From Eledone cirrhosa (lineage: Eukaryota): a stretch of 64,000 nucleotides of DNA. Below the pieces are notes generated by a model. That model worked only from the letters and a program-made list of their open reading frames with translations. It was not told the DNA's origin and searched no databases. The translations under genes and the position numbers were made by a program. Location: contig OZ024744.1 of the NCBI GenBank assembly GCA_964016885.1, positions 120,900,001-120,964,000 on the forward strand, in the 5' to 3' direction. Below are positions 1 through 12,700 of the stretch, piece after piece. Numbering within the stretch: position 1 is the stretch's first letter; each line of letters opens with the position of its first letter.

Positions 1-3000
1 ACGTTATAGTATCAGAGCTGTGATATCTCAATTCAGAGATTCTTTCATGAGACATTCTAACCACATGTCATAGTATCAGAGCTGTGATCTCTCAATTCAG
101 AGATTCTTTCCTGAGAACTTCTAACCACATGTCTGTAGTATCAGAGCTGTGATCTCTCAATTCAGAGATTCTTTTCTGAGATATTCTAACCACATGTCAT
201 AGTATCAGAGCTGTGATCTCTCAATTCAGAGATTCTTTCCTGAGACATTCTAACCACATGTCATAGTATCAGAACTGTGATCTCTCAATTCAGAAATTCT
301 TTGCTGAGACATTCAAACCACATGTCATAGTAGCAGAGCTGTGAACTCTCAATTCAGAGATTCTTTCCTGATATATTCTAACCACATGTCATAGTATCAG
401 AGCTGTGATCTCTCAATTCAGAGATTCTTTCCTGAGACATTCTAAACACGTCATAGTATCAGAGCTGTAATATCTCAATTCAGAGATTCTTTCATGAGAC
501 ATTCTAACCACATGTCATAGTATCAGAGCTGTGATCTCTCAATTCAGAAATTCTTTCCTGAGACATTCTAACCACATGTCATAGTATCAGAGCTGTGAAC
601 TCTCAATTCAGAGATTCTTTTCTTATACATTCTAACCACATGTCATAGTATTAGAGCTGTGATCTCTCAATTCAGAGATTCTTTCCTGAGACATTCTAAC
701 CACGTCATAGTATCAGAGCTGTGATATCTCAATTCAGAGATTCTTTCATGAGACATTCTAACCACATGTCATAGTATCAGAGCTGTGATCTCTCAATTTA
801 GATATTCTTTCCTGAGACATTCTAACCACATGTCATAGTATCAGAGCTGTGATCTCTCAATTCAGAGATTCTTTCCTGAGACATTCTAACCACATCTCAT
901 AGTCTAAGAGCTGTGATATCTCAATTCAGAGATTCTTTCCTGAGACATTCTAACCGCATGTCATAGAATCAGAGCTGTGATCTCTCAATTCAGAGATTCT
1001 TTCCTGAGACGTTCTAATCACATGTCATAGTATTAGAGCTGTGATCTCTCAATTCAGAGATTCTTTCCTGAGAAATTCTAACCTCATGTCTGTAGTATCA
1101 GAGCTGTGATCTCTCAATTCAGAGAATCTTTCCTGAGACATTCTAATTCCATGTCATAGTATCAGAGCTGTGATCTCTCAATTCAGAGATTCTTTCCTGA
1201 GACATTCTAACCACATGTCATAGTATCAGTGCTGTGATCTCTCAATATAGAGATTCTTTCCTGAGATATTCTAACCACATGTCATAGTATCAGAGCTGTG
1301 ATCTCTCAATTCAGAGATTCTTTCCTGGGATATTCTAACCACATGTGATAGTATCAGAGCTGTGATCTCTCAATTCAGATATTCTTTCCTGAGACATTCT
1401 AACCACATGTCATAGGATCAGAGTTGTGATCTCTCAATTCAGAGATTCTTTCCTGAGATATTCTAACCACATGTCATAGTATCAGAGCTGTGATCTCTCA
1501 ATTCAGAGATTCTTTCCTGAGACATTCTAACCACATGTCATAGTATTAGAGCTGTGATCTCTCAATTCAGAGATTCTTTCCTGAGAAATTCTAACCTCAT
1601 GTCTGTAGTATCAGAGCTGTAATCTCTCAATTCAGAGAATCTTTCCTGAGACATTCTTACTCCATGTCCACAGTATCAGAGCTGTGATCTCTCAATTCAG
1701 ATATTCTTTCCTGAGACATTCTAACCACATGTCATAGTATCAGAACTGTGATCTCTCAATTCAGAAATTCTTTCCTGAGACATTCTAACCACATGTCATA
1801 GTATGAGAGCTGTGAACTCTCAATTCAGAGATTCTTTCCTGATACATTCTAACCACATGTCATAGTATCAGAGCTGTAATATCTCAATTCAGAGATTCTT
1901 TCATGAGACATTCTAACCACATGTCATAGTATCAGAGCTGTGATCTCTCAATTTAGATATTCTTTCCTGAGATATTCTAACCACATGTCATAGTATCAGA
2001 GCTGTGATCTCTCAATTCAGAGATTCTTTCCTGAGAACTTCTAACCACATGTCTGTAGTATCAGAGCTGTGATCTCTCAATTCAGAGATTCTTTCCTGAG
2101 ATATTCTAACCACATGTCATATTATCAGAGCTGTGATCTCTCAATTCAGAGATTCTTTCCTGAGACATCCTAACCACATGTCATAGTATCAGAGCTGTGA
2201 ACTCTCAATTCAGAGATTCTTTCCTGATACATTCTAACCACATGTCATAGTATTAGAGCTGTGATCTCTCAATTCAGAGATTCTTTCCTGAGACATTCTA
2301 ACCACGTCATAGTATCAGAGCTGTGATATCTCAATTCAGAGATCCTTTCATGAGACCTTCTAACCACATGTCATAGTATCAGAGCTGTGATCTCTCAATT
2401 CAGAGATTCTTTCCTGAGACATTCTAACCACATGTCATAGTATTAGATCTGTGATCTCTCAATTCAGAGATTCTTTCCTGGGATATTCTAACCACATGTC
2501 ATATTATCAGAGCTGTGATCTCTCAATTCAGAGATTCTTTCCTGAGACATTCTAACCTCATCTCATAGTCTAAGAGCTGTGATATCTCAATTCAGAGATT
2601 CTTTCCTGAGAACTTCTAACCACATGTCTGTAGTATCAGAGCTGTGATCTCTCAATTCAGAGATTCTTTTCTGAGATATTCTAACCACATGTCATAGTAT
2701 CAGAGCTGTGATCTCTCAATTCAGAGATTCTTTCCTGAGACATTCTAACCACATGTCATAGTATCAGAACTGTGATCTCTCAATTCAGAAATTCTTTGCT
2801 GAGACATTCAAACCACATGTCATAGTAGCAGAGCTGTGAACTCTCAATTCAGAGATTCTTTCCTGATATATTCTAACCACATGTCATAATATCAGAGCTG
2901 TGATCTCTCAATTCAGAGATTCTTTCCTGAGACATTCTAAACACGTCATAGTATCAGAGCTGTAATATCTCAATTCAGAGATTCTTTCATGAGACATTCT

Positions 3001-5089
3001 AACCACATGTCATAGTATCAGAGCTGTGATCTCTCAATTTAGATATTCTTTCCTGAGATATTCTAACCACATGTCATAGTATTAGAGCTGTGATCTCTCA
3101 ATTCAGAGATTCTTTCCTGAGACATTCTAACCACATGTCATAGTATCAGAGCTGTGATCTCTCAATTCAGAGATTCTTTCCTGAGACATTCTAACCACAT
3201 GTCATAGTATCAGAACTGTGATCTCTCAATTCAGAAATTCTTTCCTGAGACATTCTAACCACATGTCATAGTATCAGAGCTGTGAACTCTCAATTCAGAG
3301 ATTCTTTTCTTATACATTCTAACCACATGTCATAGTATTAGAGCTGTGATCTCTCAATTCAGAGATTCTTTCCTGAGACATTCTAACCACGTTATAGTAT
3401 CAGAGCTGTGATATCTCAATTCAGAGATTCTTTCATGAGACATTCTAACCACATGTCATAGTATCAGAGCTGTGATCTCTCAATTCAGAGATTCTTTCCT
3501 GAGAACTTCTAACCACATGTCTGTAGTATCAGAGCTGTGATCTCTCAATTCAGAGATTCTTTTCTGAGATATTCTAACCACATGTCATAGTATCAGAGCT
3601 GTGATCTCTCAATTCAGAGATTCTTTCCTGAGACATTCTAACCACATGTCATAGTATCAGAACTGTGATCTCTCAATTCAGAAATTCTTTGCTGAGACAT
3701 TCAAACCACATGTCATAGTAGCAGAGCTGTGAACTCTCAATTCAGAGATTCTTTCCTGATATATTCTAACCACATGTCATAGTATCAGAGCTGTGATCTC
3801 TCAATTCAGAGATTCTTTCCTGAGACATTCTAAACACGTCATAGTATCAGAGCTGTAATATCTCAATTCAGAGATTCTTTCATGAGACATTCTAACCACA
3901 TGTCATAGTATCAGAGCTGTGATCTCTCAATTCAGAAATTCTTTCCTGAGACATTCTAACCACATGTCATAGTATCAGAGCTGTGAACTCTCAATTCAGA
4001 GATTCTTTTCTTATACATTCTAACCACATGTCATAGTATTAGAGCTGTGATCTCTCAATTCAGAGATTCTTTCCTGAGACATTCTAACCACGTCATAGTA
4101 TCAGAGCTGTGATATCTCAATTCAGAGATTCTTTCATGAGACATTCTAACCACATGTCATAGTATCAGAGCTGTGATCTCTCAATTTAGATATTCTTTCC
4201 TGAGACATTCTAACCACATGTCATAGTATCAGAGCTGTGATCTCTCAATTCAGAGATTCTTTCCTGAGACATTCTAACCACATCTCATAGTCTAAGAGCT
4301 GTGATATCTCAATTCAGAGATTCTTTCCTGAGACATTCTAACCGCATGTCATAGAATCAGAGCTGTGATCTCTCAATTCAGAGATTCTTTCCTGAGACGT
4401 TCTAATCACATGTCATAGTATTAGAGCTGTGATCTCTCAATTCAGAGATTCTTTCCTGAGAAATTCTAACCTCATGTCTGTAGTATCAGAGCTGTGATCT
4501 CTCAATTCAGAGAATCTTTCCTGAGACATTCTAATTCCATGTCATAGTATCAGAGCTGTGATCTCTCAATTCAGAGATTCTTTCCTGAGACATTCTAACC
4601 ACATGTCATAGTATCAGTGCTGTGATCTCTCAATATAGAGATTCTTTCCTGAGATATTCTAACCACATGTCATAGTATCAGAGCTGTGATCTCTCAATTC
4701 AGAGATTCTTTCCTGGGATATTCTAACCACATGTGATAGTATCAGAGCTGTGATCTCTCAATTCAGATATTCTTTCCTGAGACATTCTAACCACATGTCA
4801 TAGGATCAGAGTTGTGATCTCTCAATTCAGAGATTCTTTCCTGAGATATTCTAACCACATGTCATAGTATCAGAGCTGTGATCTCTCAATTCAGAGATTC
4901 TTTCCTGAGACATTCTAACCACATGTCATAGTATTAGAGCTGTGATCTCTCAATTCAGAGATTCTTTCCTGAGAAATTCTAACCTCATGTCTGTAGTATC
5001 AGAGCTGTAATCTCTCAATTCAGAGAATCTTTCCTGAGACATTCTTACTCCATGTCCACAGTATCAGAGCTGTGATCTCTCAATTCAGA
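1..5089. repeat. Block duplication, offset 3388 bp (53 monomers): 1-~1701 repeated at 3389-~5089
   Basis: ACGTTATAG at 1 and 3389; CTTACTCCATGTCCACAG at 1656 and 5044; same order of intervening variants. Confidence 0.9.
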
Positions 5090-8000
5090 GATTCTTTCCT
5101 GAGACATTCTAACCACATGTCATATTATCAGTGCTGTGATCTCTCAATATAGAGATTCTTTCCTGAGATACTCTAAACACATGTCATAGTATCAGAGCTG
5201 TGATCTCTCAATTCAGAGATTCTTTCCTAGGATATTCTAACCACATGTCCTAATATCAGAGCTGTGATCTCTCAATTCAGATATTCTTTCCTGAGACATT
5301 CTAACCACATGTCATAGTATCAGAACTGTGATCTCTCAATTCAGAAATTCTTTCCTGAGACATTCTAACCACATGTCATAGTATGAGAGCTGTGAACTCT
5401 CAATTCAGAGATTCTTTCCTGATACATTCTAACCACATGTCATAGAATCAGAGCTGTGATCTCTCAATTCAGAGATTCCTTCCTGAGACATTCTAACCAC
5501 ATGTCATAGTATTAGAGCTGTGATCTCTCAATTCAGAGATTCTTTTCTGAGAAATTCTAACCTCATGTCTGTAGTATCAGAGCTGTGATCTCTCAATTCA
5601 GAGAATCTTTCCTGGGATATTCTAACCACATGTGATAGTATCAGAGCTGTGATCTCTCAATTCAGAGATTCTTTCCTGAGACATTCTAACCACATCTCAT
5701 AGTCTAAGAGCTGTGATATCTCAATTCAGAGATTCTTTCCTGAGATATTCTAACTCCATGTCCACAGTATCAGAGCTGTGATCTCTCAATTCAGAGATTC
5801 TTTCCTGAGACATTCTAACCACATGTCATAGTATCAGTGCTGTGATCTCTCAATATAGAGATTCTTTCCTGAGATATTCTAACCACATGTCATAGTATCA
5901 GAGCTGTGATCTCTCAATTCAGAGATTCTTTCCTGGGATATTCTAACCACATGTGATAGTATCAGAGCTGTGATCTCTCAATTCAGATATTCTTTCCTGA
6001 GACATTCTAACCACATGTCATAGGATCAGAGTTGTGATCTCTCAATTCAGAGATTCTTTCCTGAGATATTCTAACCACATGTCATAGTATCAGAGCTGTG
6101 ATCTCTCAATTCAGAGATTCTTTCCTGAGACATTCTAACCACATGTCATAGTATTAGAGCTGTGATCTCTCAATTCAGAGATTCTTTCCTGAGAAATTCT
6201 AACCTCATGTCTGTAGTATCAGAGCTGTAATCTCTCAATTCAGAGAATCTTTCCTGAGACATTCTTACTCCATGTCCACAGTATCAGAGCTGTGATCTCT
6301 CAATTCAGAGATTCTTTCCTGAGACATTCTAACCACATGTCATATTATCAGTGCTGTGATCTCTCAATATAGAGATTCTTTCCTGAGATATTCTAAACAC
6401 ATGTCATAGTATCAGAGCTGTGATCTCTCAATTCAGAGATTCTTTCCTAGGATATTCTAACCACATGTCCTAATATCAGAGCTGTGATCTCTCAATTCAG
6501 ATATTCTTTCCTGAGACATTCTAACCACATGTCATAGTATCAGAAATGTGATCTCTCAATTCAGAAATTCTTTCCTGAGACATTCTAACCACATGTCATA
6601 GTATGAGAGCTGTGAACTCTCAATTCAGAGATTCTTTCCTGATACATTCTAACCACATGTCATAGTATCAGAGCTGTAATATCTCAATTCAGAGATTCTT
6701 TCATGAGACATTCTAACCACATGTCATAGTATCAGAGCTGTGATCTCTCAATTTAGATATTCTTTCCTGAGATATTCTAACCACATGTCATAGTATCAGA
6801 GCTGTGATCTCTCAATTCAGAGATTCCTTCCTGAGAACTTCTAACCACATGTCTGTAGTATCAGAGCTGTGATCTCTCAATTCAGAGATTCTTTCCTGAG
6901 ATATTCTAACCACATGTCATATTATCAGAGCTGTGATCTCTCAATTCAGAGATTCTTTCCTGAGACATCCTAACCACATGTCATAGTATCAGAGCTGTGA
7001 ACTCTCAATTCAGAGATTCTTTCCTGATACATTCTAACCACATGTCATAGTATTAGAGCTGTGATCTCTCAATTCAGAGATTCTTTCCTGAGACATTCTA
7101 ACCACGTCATAGTATCAGAGCTGTGATATCTCAATTCAGAGATTCTTTCATGAGACCTTCTAACCACATGTCATAGTATCAGAGCTGTGATCTCTCAATT
7201 CAGAGATTCTTTCCTGAGACATTCTAACCACATGTCATAGTATTAGATCTGTGATCTCTCAATTCAGAGATTCTTTCCTGGGATATTCTAACCACATGTC
7301 ATATTATCAGAGCTGTGATCTCTCAATTCAGAGATTCTTTCCTGAGACATTCTAACCTCATCTCATAGTCTAAGAGCTGTGATATCTCAATTCAGAGATT
7401 CTTTCCTGAGAACTTCTAACCACATGTCTGTAGTATCAGAGCTGTGATCTCTCAATTCAGAGATTCTTTCCTGAGATATTCTAACCACATGTCATAGTAT
7501 CAGAGCTGTGATCTCTCAATTCAGAGATTCTTTCCTGAGACATTCTAACCACATGTCATAGTATCAGAACTGTGATCTCTCAATTCAGAAATTCTTTGCT
7601 GAGACATTCAAACCACATGTCATAGTAGCAGAGCTGTGAACTCTCAATTCAGAGATTCTTTCCTGATATATTCTAACCACATGTCATAGTATCAGAGCTG
7701 TGATCTCTCAATTCAGAGATTCTTTCCTGAGACATTCTAAACACGTCATAGTATCAGAGCTGTAATATCTCAATTCAGAGATTCTTTCATGAGACATTCT
7801 AACCACATGTCATAGTATCAGAGCTGTGATCTCTCAATTTAGATATTCTTTCCTGAGATATTCTAACCACATGTCATAGTATTAGAGCTGTGACCTCTCA
7901 ATTCAGAGATTCTTTCCTGAGACATTCTAACCACATGTCATAGTATCAGAGCTGTGATCTCTCAATTCAGAGATTCTTTCCTGAGACATTCTAACCACAT

Positions 8001-8460
8001 GTCATAGTATCAGAACTGTGATCTCTCAATTCAGAAATTCTTTCCTGAGACATTCTAACCACATGTCATAGTATCAGAGCTGTGAACTCTCAATTCAGAG
8101 ATTCTTTTCTTATACATTCTAACCACATGTCATAGTATTAGAGCTGTGATCTCTCAATTCAGAGATTCTTTCCTGAGACATTCTAACCACGTTATAGTAT
8201 CAGAGCTGTGATATCTCAATTCAGAGATTCTTTCATGAGACATTCTAACCACATGTCATAGTATCAGAGCTGTGATCTCTCAATTCAGAGATTCTTTCCT
8301 GAGAACTTCTAACCACATGTCTGTAGTATCAGAGCTGTGATCTCTCAATTCAGAGATTCTTTCCTGAGATATTCTAACCACATGTCATAGTATCAGAGCT
8401 GTGATCTCTCAATTCAGAGATTCTTTCCTGAGACATTCTAACCACATGTCATAGTATCAG
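1681..8460. repeat. Block duplication, offset 4800 bp (75 monomers): 1681-3660 repeated at 6481-8460
   Basis: The printed lines match in register (1681/6481, 1801/6601, 3481/8281). About 7 substitutions were seen over 1980 bp. Similarity breaks at 3661/8461. Confidence 0.9.
4861..4924 (+). repeat. Reference consensus monomer (64 bp)
   Basis: Exact consensus copy. Contains AGCT (AluI), GATC (Sau3AI), AATT and CTGAG (DdeI) once each; ACATGT (PciI) spans the junction with the next monomer. Confidence 0.97.
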
Positions 8461-8779
8461 AGCTGTGAACTCTCAATTCAGAGATTCTTTCCTGGGATAT
8501 TCTAACCACATGTCATAGTATCAGAGCTGTGATCTCTCAATTCAGAGATTCTTTCCTGAGACATTCTAACCACATCTCATAGTCTAAGAGCTGTGATATC
8601 TCAATTCAGAGATTCTTTCCTGAGATATTCTAACCACATGTCATAGTATCAGAGCTGTGATCTCTCAATTCAGAGATTCTTTCCTGAGACATTCTTACCA
8701 CATGTCATAGTATTAGAGCTGTGATCTCTCAATTCAGAGATTCTTTCCTGAGAAATTCTAACCTCATGTCTGTAGTATC

Positions 8780-11700
8780 AGAGCTGTGATCTCTCAATTC
8801 AGAGATTCTTTCCTGAGACATTCTAACCACATGTCATATTATCAGTGCTGTGATCTCTCAATATAGAGATTCTTTCCTTAGATATTCTAAACACATGTCA
8901 TAGTATCAGAGCTGTGATCTCTCAATTCAGAGATTCTTTCCTAGGATATTCTAACCACATGTCCTAATATCAGAGCTGTGATCTCTCAATTCAGATATTC
9001 TTTCCTGAGACATTCTAACCACATGTCATAGTATCAGAACTGTGATCTCTCAATTCAGAAATTCTTTCCTGAGACATTCTAACCACATGTCATAGTATGA
9101 GAGCTGTGAACTCTCAATTCAGAGATTCTTTCCTGATACATTCTAACCACATGTCATAGTATCAGAGCTGTGATCTCTCAATTCAGAGATTCTTTCCTGA
9201 GACATTCTAACCACGTCATAGTATCAGAGCTGTAATATCTCAATTCAGAGATTCTTTCATGAGACATTCTAACCACATGTCATAGTATCAGAGCTGTGAT
9301 CTCTCAATTTAGATATTCTTTCCTGAGATATTCTAACCACATGTCATAGTATCAGAGCTGTGATCTCTCAATTCAGAGATTCTTTCCTGAGAACTTCTAA
9401 CCACATGTCTGTAGTATCAGAGCTGTGATCTCTCAATTCAGAGATTCTTTCCTGAGATATTCTAACCACATGTCATATTATCAGAGCTGTGATCTCTCAA
9501 TTCAGAGATTCTTTCCTGAGACATCCTAACCACATGTCATAGTATCAGAGCTGTGAACTCTCAATTCAGAGATTCTTTCCTGATACATTCTAACCACATG
9601 TAATAGTATTAGAGCTGTGATCTCTCAATTCAGAGATTCTTTCCTGAGACATTCTAACCACGTCATAGTATCAGAGCTGTGATATCTCAATTCAGAGATT
9701 CTTTCATGAGACCTTCTAACCACATGTCATAGTATCAGAGCTGTGATCTCTCAATTCAGAGATTCTTTCCTGAGACATTCTAACCACATGTCATAGTATT
9801 AGATCTGTGATCTCTCAATTCAGAGATTCTTTCCTGGGATATTCTAACCACATGTCATATTATCAGAGCTGTGATCTCTCAATTCAGAGATTCTTTCCTG
9901 AGACATTATAACCTCATCTCATAATCTAAGAGCTGTGATATCTCAATTCAGAGATTCTTTCCTGAGAACTTCTAACCACATGTCTGTAGTATCAGAGCTG
10001 TGATCTCTCAATTCAGAGATTCTTTCCTGAGATATTCTAACCACATGTCATAGTATCAGAGCTGTGATCTCTCAATTCAGAGATTCTTTCCTGAGACATT
10101 CTAACCACATGTCATAGTATCAGAACTGTGATCTCTCAATTCAGAAATTCTTTGCTGAGACATTCAAACCACATGTCATAGTAGCAGAGCTGTGAACTCT
10201 CAATTCAGAGATGCTTTCCTGATATATTCTAACCACATGTCATAGTATCAGAGCTGTGATCTCTCAATTCAGAGATTCTTTCCTGAGACATTCTAAACAC
10301 GTCATAGTATCAGAGCTGTAATATCTCAATTCAGAGATTCTTTCATGAGACATTCTAACCACATGTCATAGTATCAGAGCTGTGATCTCTCAATTTAGAT
10401 ATTCTTTCCTGAGATATTCTAACCACATGTCATAGTATTAGAGCTGTGATCTCTCAATTCAGAGATTCTTTCCTGAGACATTCTAACCACATGTCATAGT
10501 ATCAGAACTGTGATCTCTCAATTCAGAGATTCTTTCCTGAGACATTCTAACCACATGTCATAGTATCAGAACTGTGATCTCTCAATTCAGAAATTCTTTC
10601 CTGAGACATTCTAACCACATGTCATAGTATCAGAGCTGTGAACTCTCAATTCAGAGATTCTTTTCTTATACATTCTAACCACATGTCATAGTATTAGAGC
10701 TGTGATCTCTCAATTCAGAGAATCTTTCCTGAGACATTCTTACTCCATGTCCACAGTATCAGAGCTGTGATCTCTCAATTCAGAGATTCTTTCCTGAGAC
10801 ATTCTAACCACATGTCATATTATCAGTGCTGTGATCTCTCAATATAGAGATTCTTTCCTTAGATATTCTAAACACATGTCATAGTATCAGAGCTGTGATC
10901 TCTCAATTCAGAGATTCTTTCCTAGGATATTCTAACCACATGTCCTAATATCAGAGCAGTGATCTCTCAATTCAGATATTCTTTCCTGAGACATTCTAAC
11001 CACATGTCATAGTATCAGAACTGTGATCTCTCAATTCAGAAATTCTTTCCTGAGACATTCTAACCACATGTCATAGTATGAGAGCTGTGAACTCTCAATT
11101 CAGAGATTCTTTCCTGATACATTCTAACCACATGTCATAGTATCAGAGCTGTGATCTCTCAATTCAGAGATTCTTTCCTGAGACATTCTAACCACGTCAT
11201 AGTATCAGAGCTGTAATATCTCAATTCAGAGATTCTTTCATGAGACATTCTAACCACATGTCATAGTATCAGAGCTGTGATCTCTCAATTTAGATATTCT
11301 TTCCTGAGATATTCTAACCACATGTCATAGTATCAGAGCTGTGATCTCTCAATTCAGAGATTCTTTCCTGAGAACTTCTAACCACATGTCTGTAGTATCA
11401 GAGCTGTGATCTCTCAATTCAGAGATTCTTTCCTGAGATATTCTAACCACATGTCATATTATCAGAGCTGTGATCTCTCAATTCAGAGATTCTTTCCTGA
11501 GACATCCTAACCACATGTCATAGTATCAGAGCTGTGAACTCTCAATTCAGAGATTCTTTCCTGATACATTCTAACCACATGTCATAGTATTAGAGCTGTG
11601 ATCTCTCAATTCAGAGATTCTTTCCTGAGACATTCTAACCACGTCATAGTATCAGAGCTGTGATATCTCAATTCAGAGATTCTTTCATGAGACCTTCTAA

Positions 11701-12700
11701 CCACATGTCATAGTATCAGAGCTGTGATCTCTCAATTCAGAGATTCTTTCCTGAGACATTCTAACCACATGTCATAGTATTAGATCTGTGATCTCTCAAT
11801 TCAGAGATTCTTTCCTGGGATATTCTAACCACATGTCATATTATCAGAGCTGTGATCTCTCAATTCAGAGATTCTTTCCTGAGACATTATAACCTCATCT
11901 CATAATCTAAGAGCTGTGATATCTCAATTCAGAGATTCTTTCCTGAGAACTTCTAACCACATGTCTGTAGTATCAGAGCTGTGATCTCTCAATTCAGAGA
12001 TTCTTTCCTGAGATATTCTAACCACATGTCATAGTATCAGAGCTGTGATCTCTCAATTCAGAGATTCTTTCCTGAGACATTCTAACCACATGTCATAGTA
12101 TCAGAACTGTGATCTCTCAATTCAGAAATTCTTTGCTGAGACATTCAAACCACATGTCATAGTAGCAGAGCTGTGAACTCTCAATTCAGAGATGCTTTCC
12201 TGATATATTCTAACCACATGTCATAGTATCAGAGCTGTGATCTCTCAATTCAGAGATTCTTTCCTGAGACATTCTAAACACGTCATAGTATCAGAGCTGT
12301 AATATCTCAATTCAGAGATTCTTTCATGAGACATTCTAACCACATGTCATAGTATCAGAGCTGTGATCTCTCAATTTAGATATTCTTTCCTGAGATATTC
12401 TAACCACATGTCATAGTATTAGAGCTGTGATCTCTCAATTCAGAGATTCTTTCCTGAGACATTCTAACCACATGTCATAGTATCAGAACTGTGATCTCTC
12501 AATTCAGAGATTCTTTCCTGAGACATTCTAACCACATGTCATAGTATCAGAACTGTGATCTCTCAATTCAGAAATTCTTTCCTGAGACATTCTAACCACA
12601 TGTCATAGTATCAGAGCTGTGAACTCTCAATTCAGAGATTCTTTTCTTATACATTCTAACCACATGTCATAGTATTAGAGCTGTGATCTCTCAATTCAGA
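8780..12700. repeat. Tandem duplication of a 31-monomer unit, period 1981 bp
   Basis: Rare markers TTCCTTAGATATTCTAAACAC (~8875/~10856), CATAATCTAAG (~9920/11901) and GATGCTTT (10210/12191) are each 1981 bp apart. Confidence 0.9.

Noticed and set aside
4915-4920. Telomere-like hexamer CTAACC (GGTTAG on the minus strand)
   Set aside because: It is a single hexamer per monomer and never tandem, as expected by chance.
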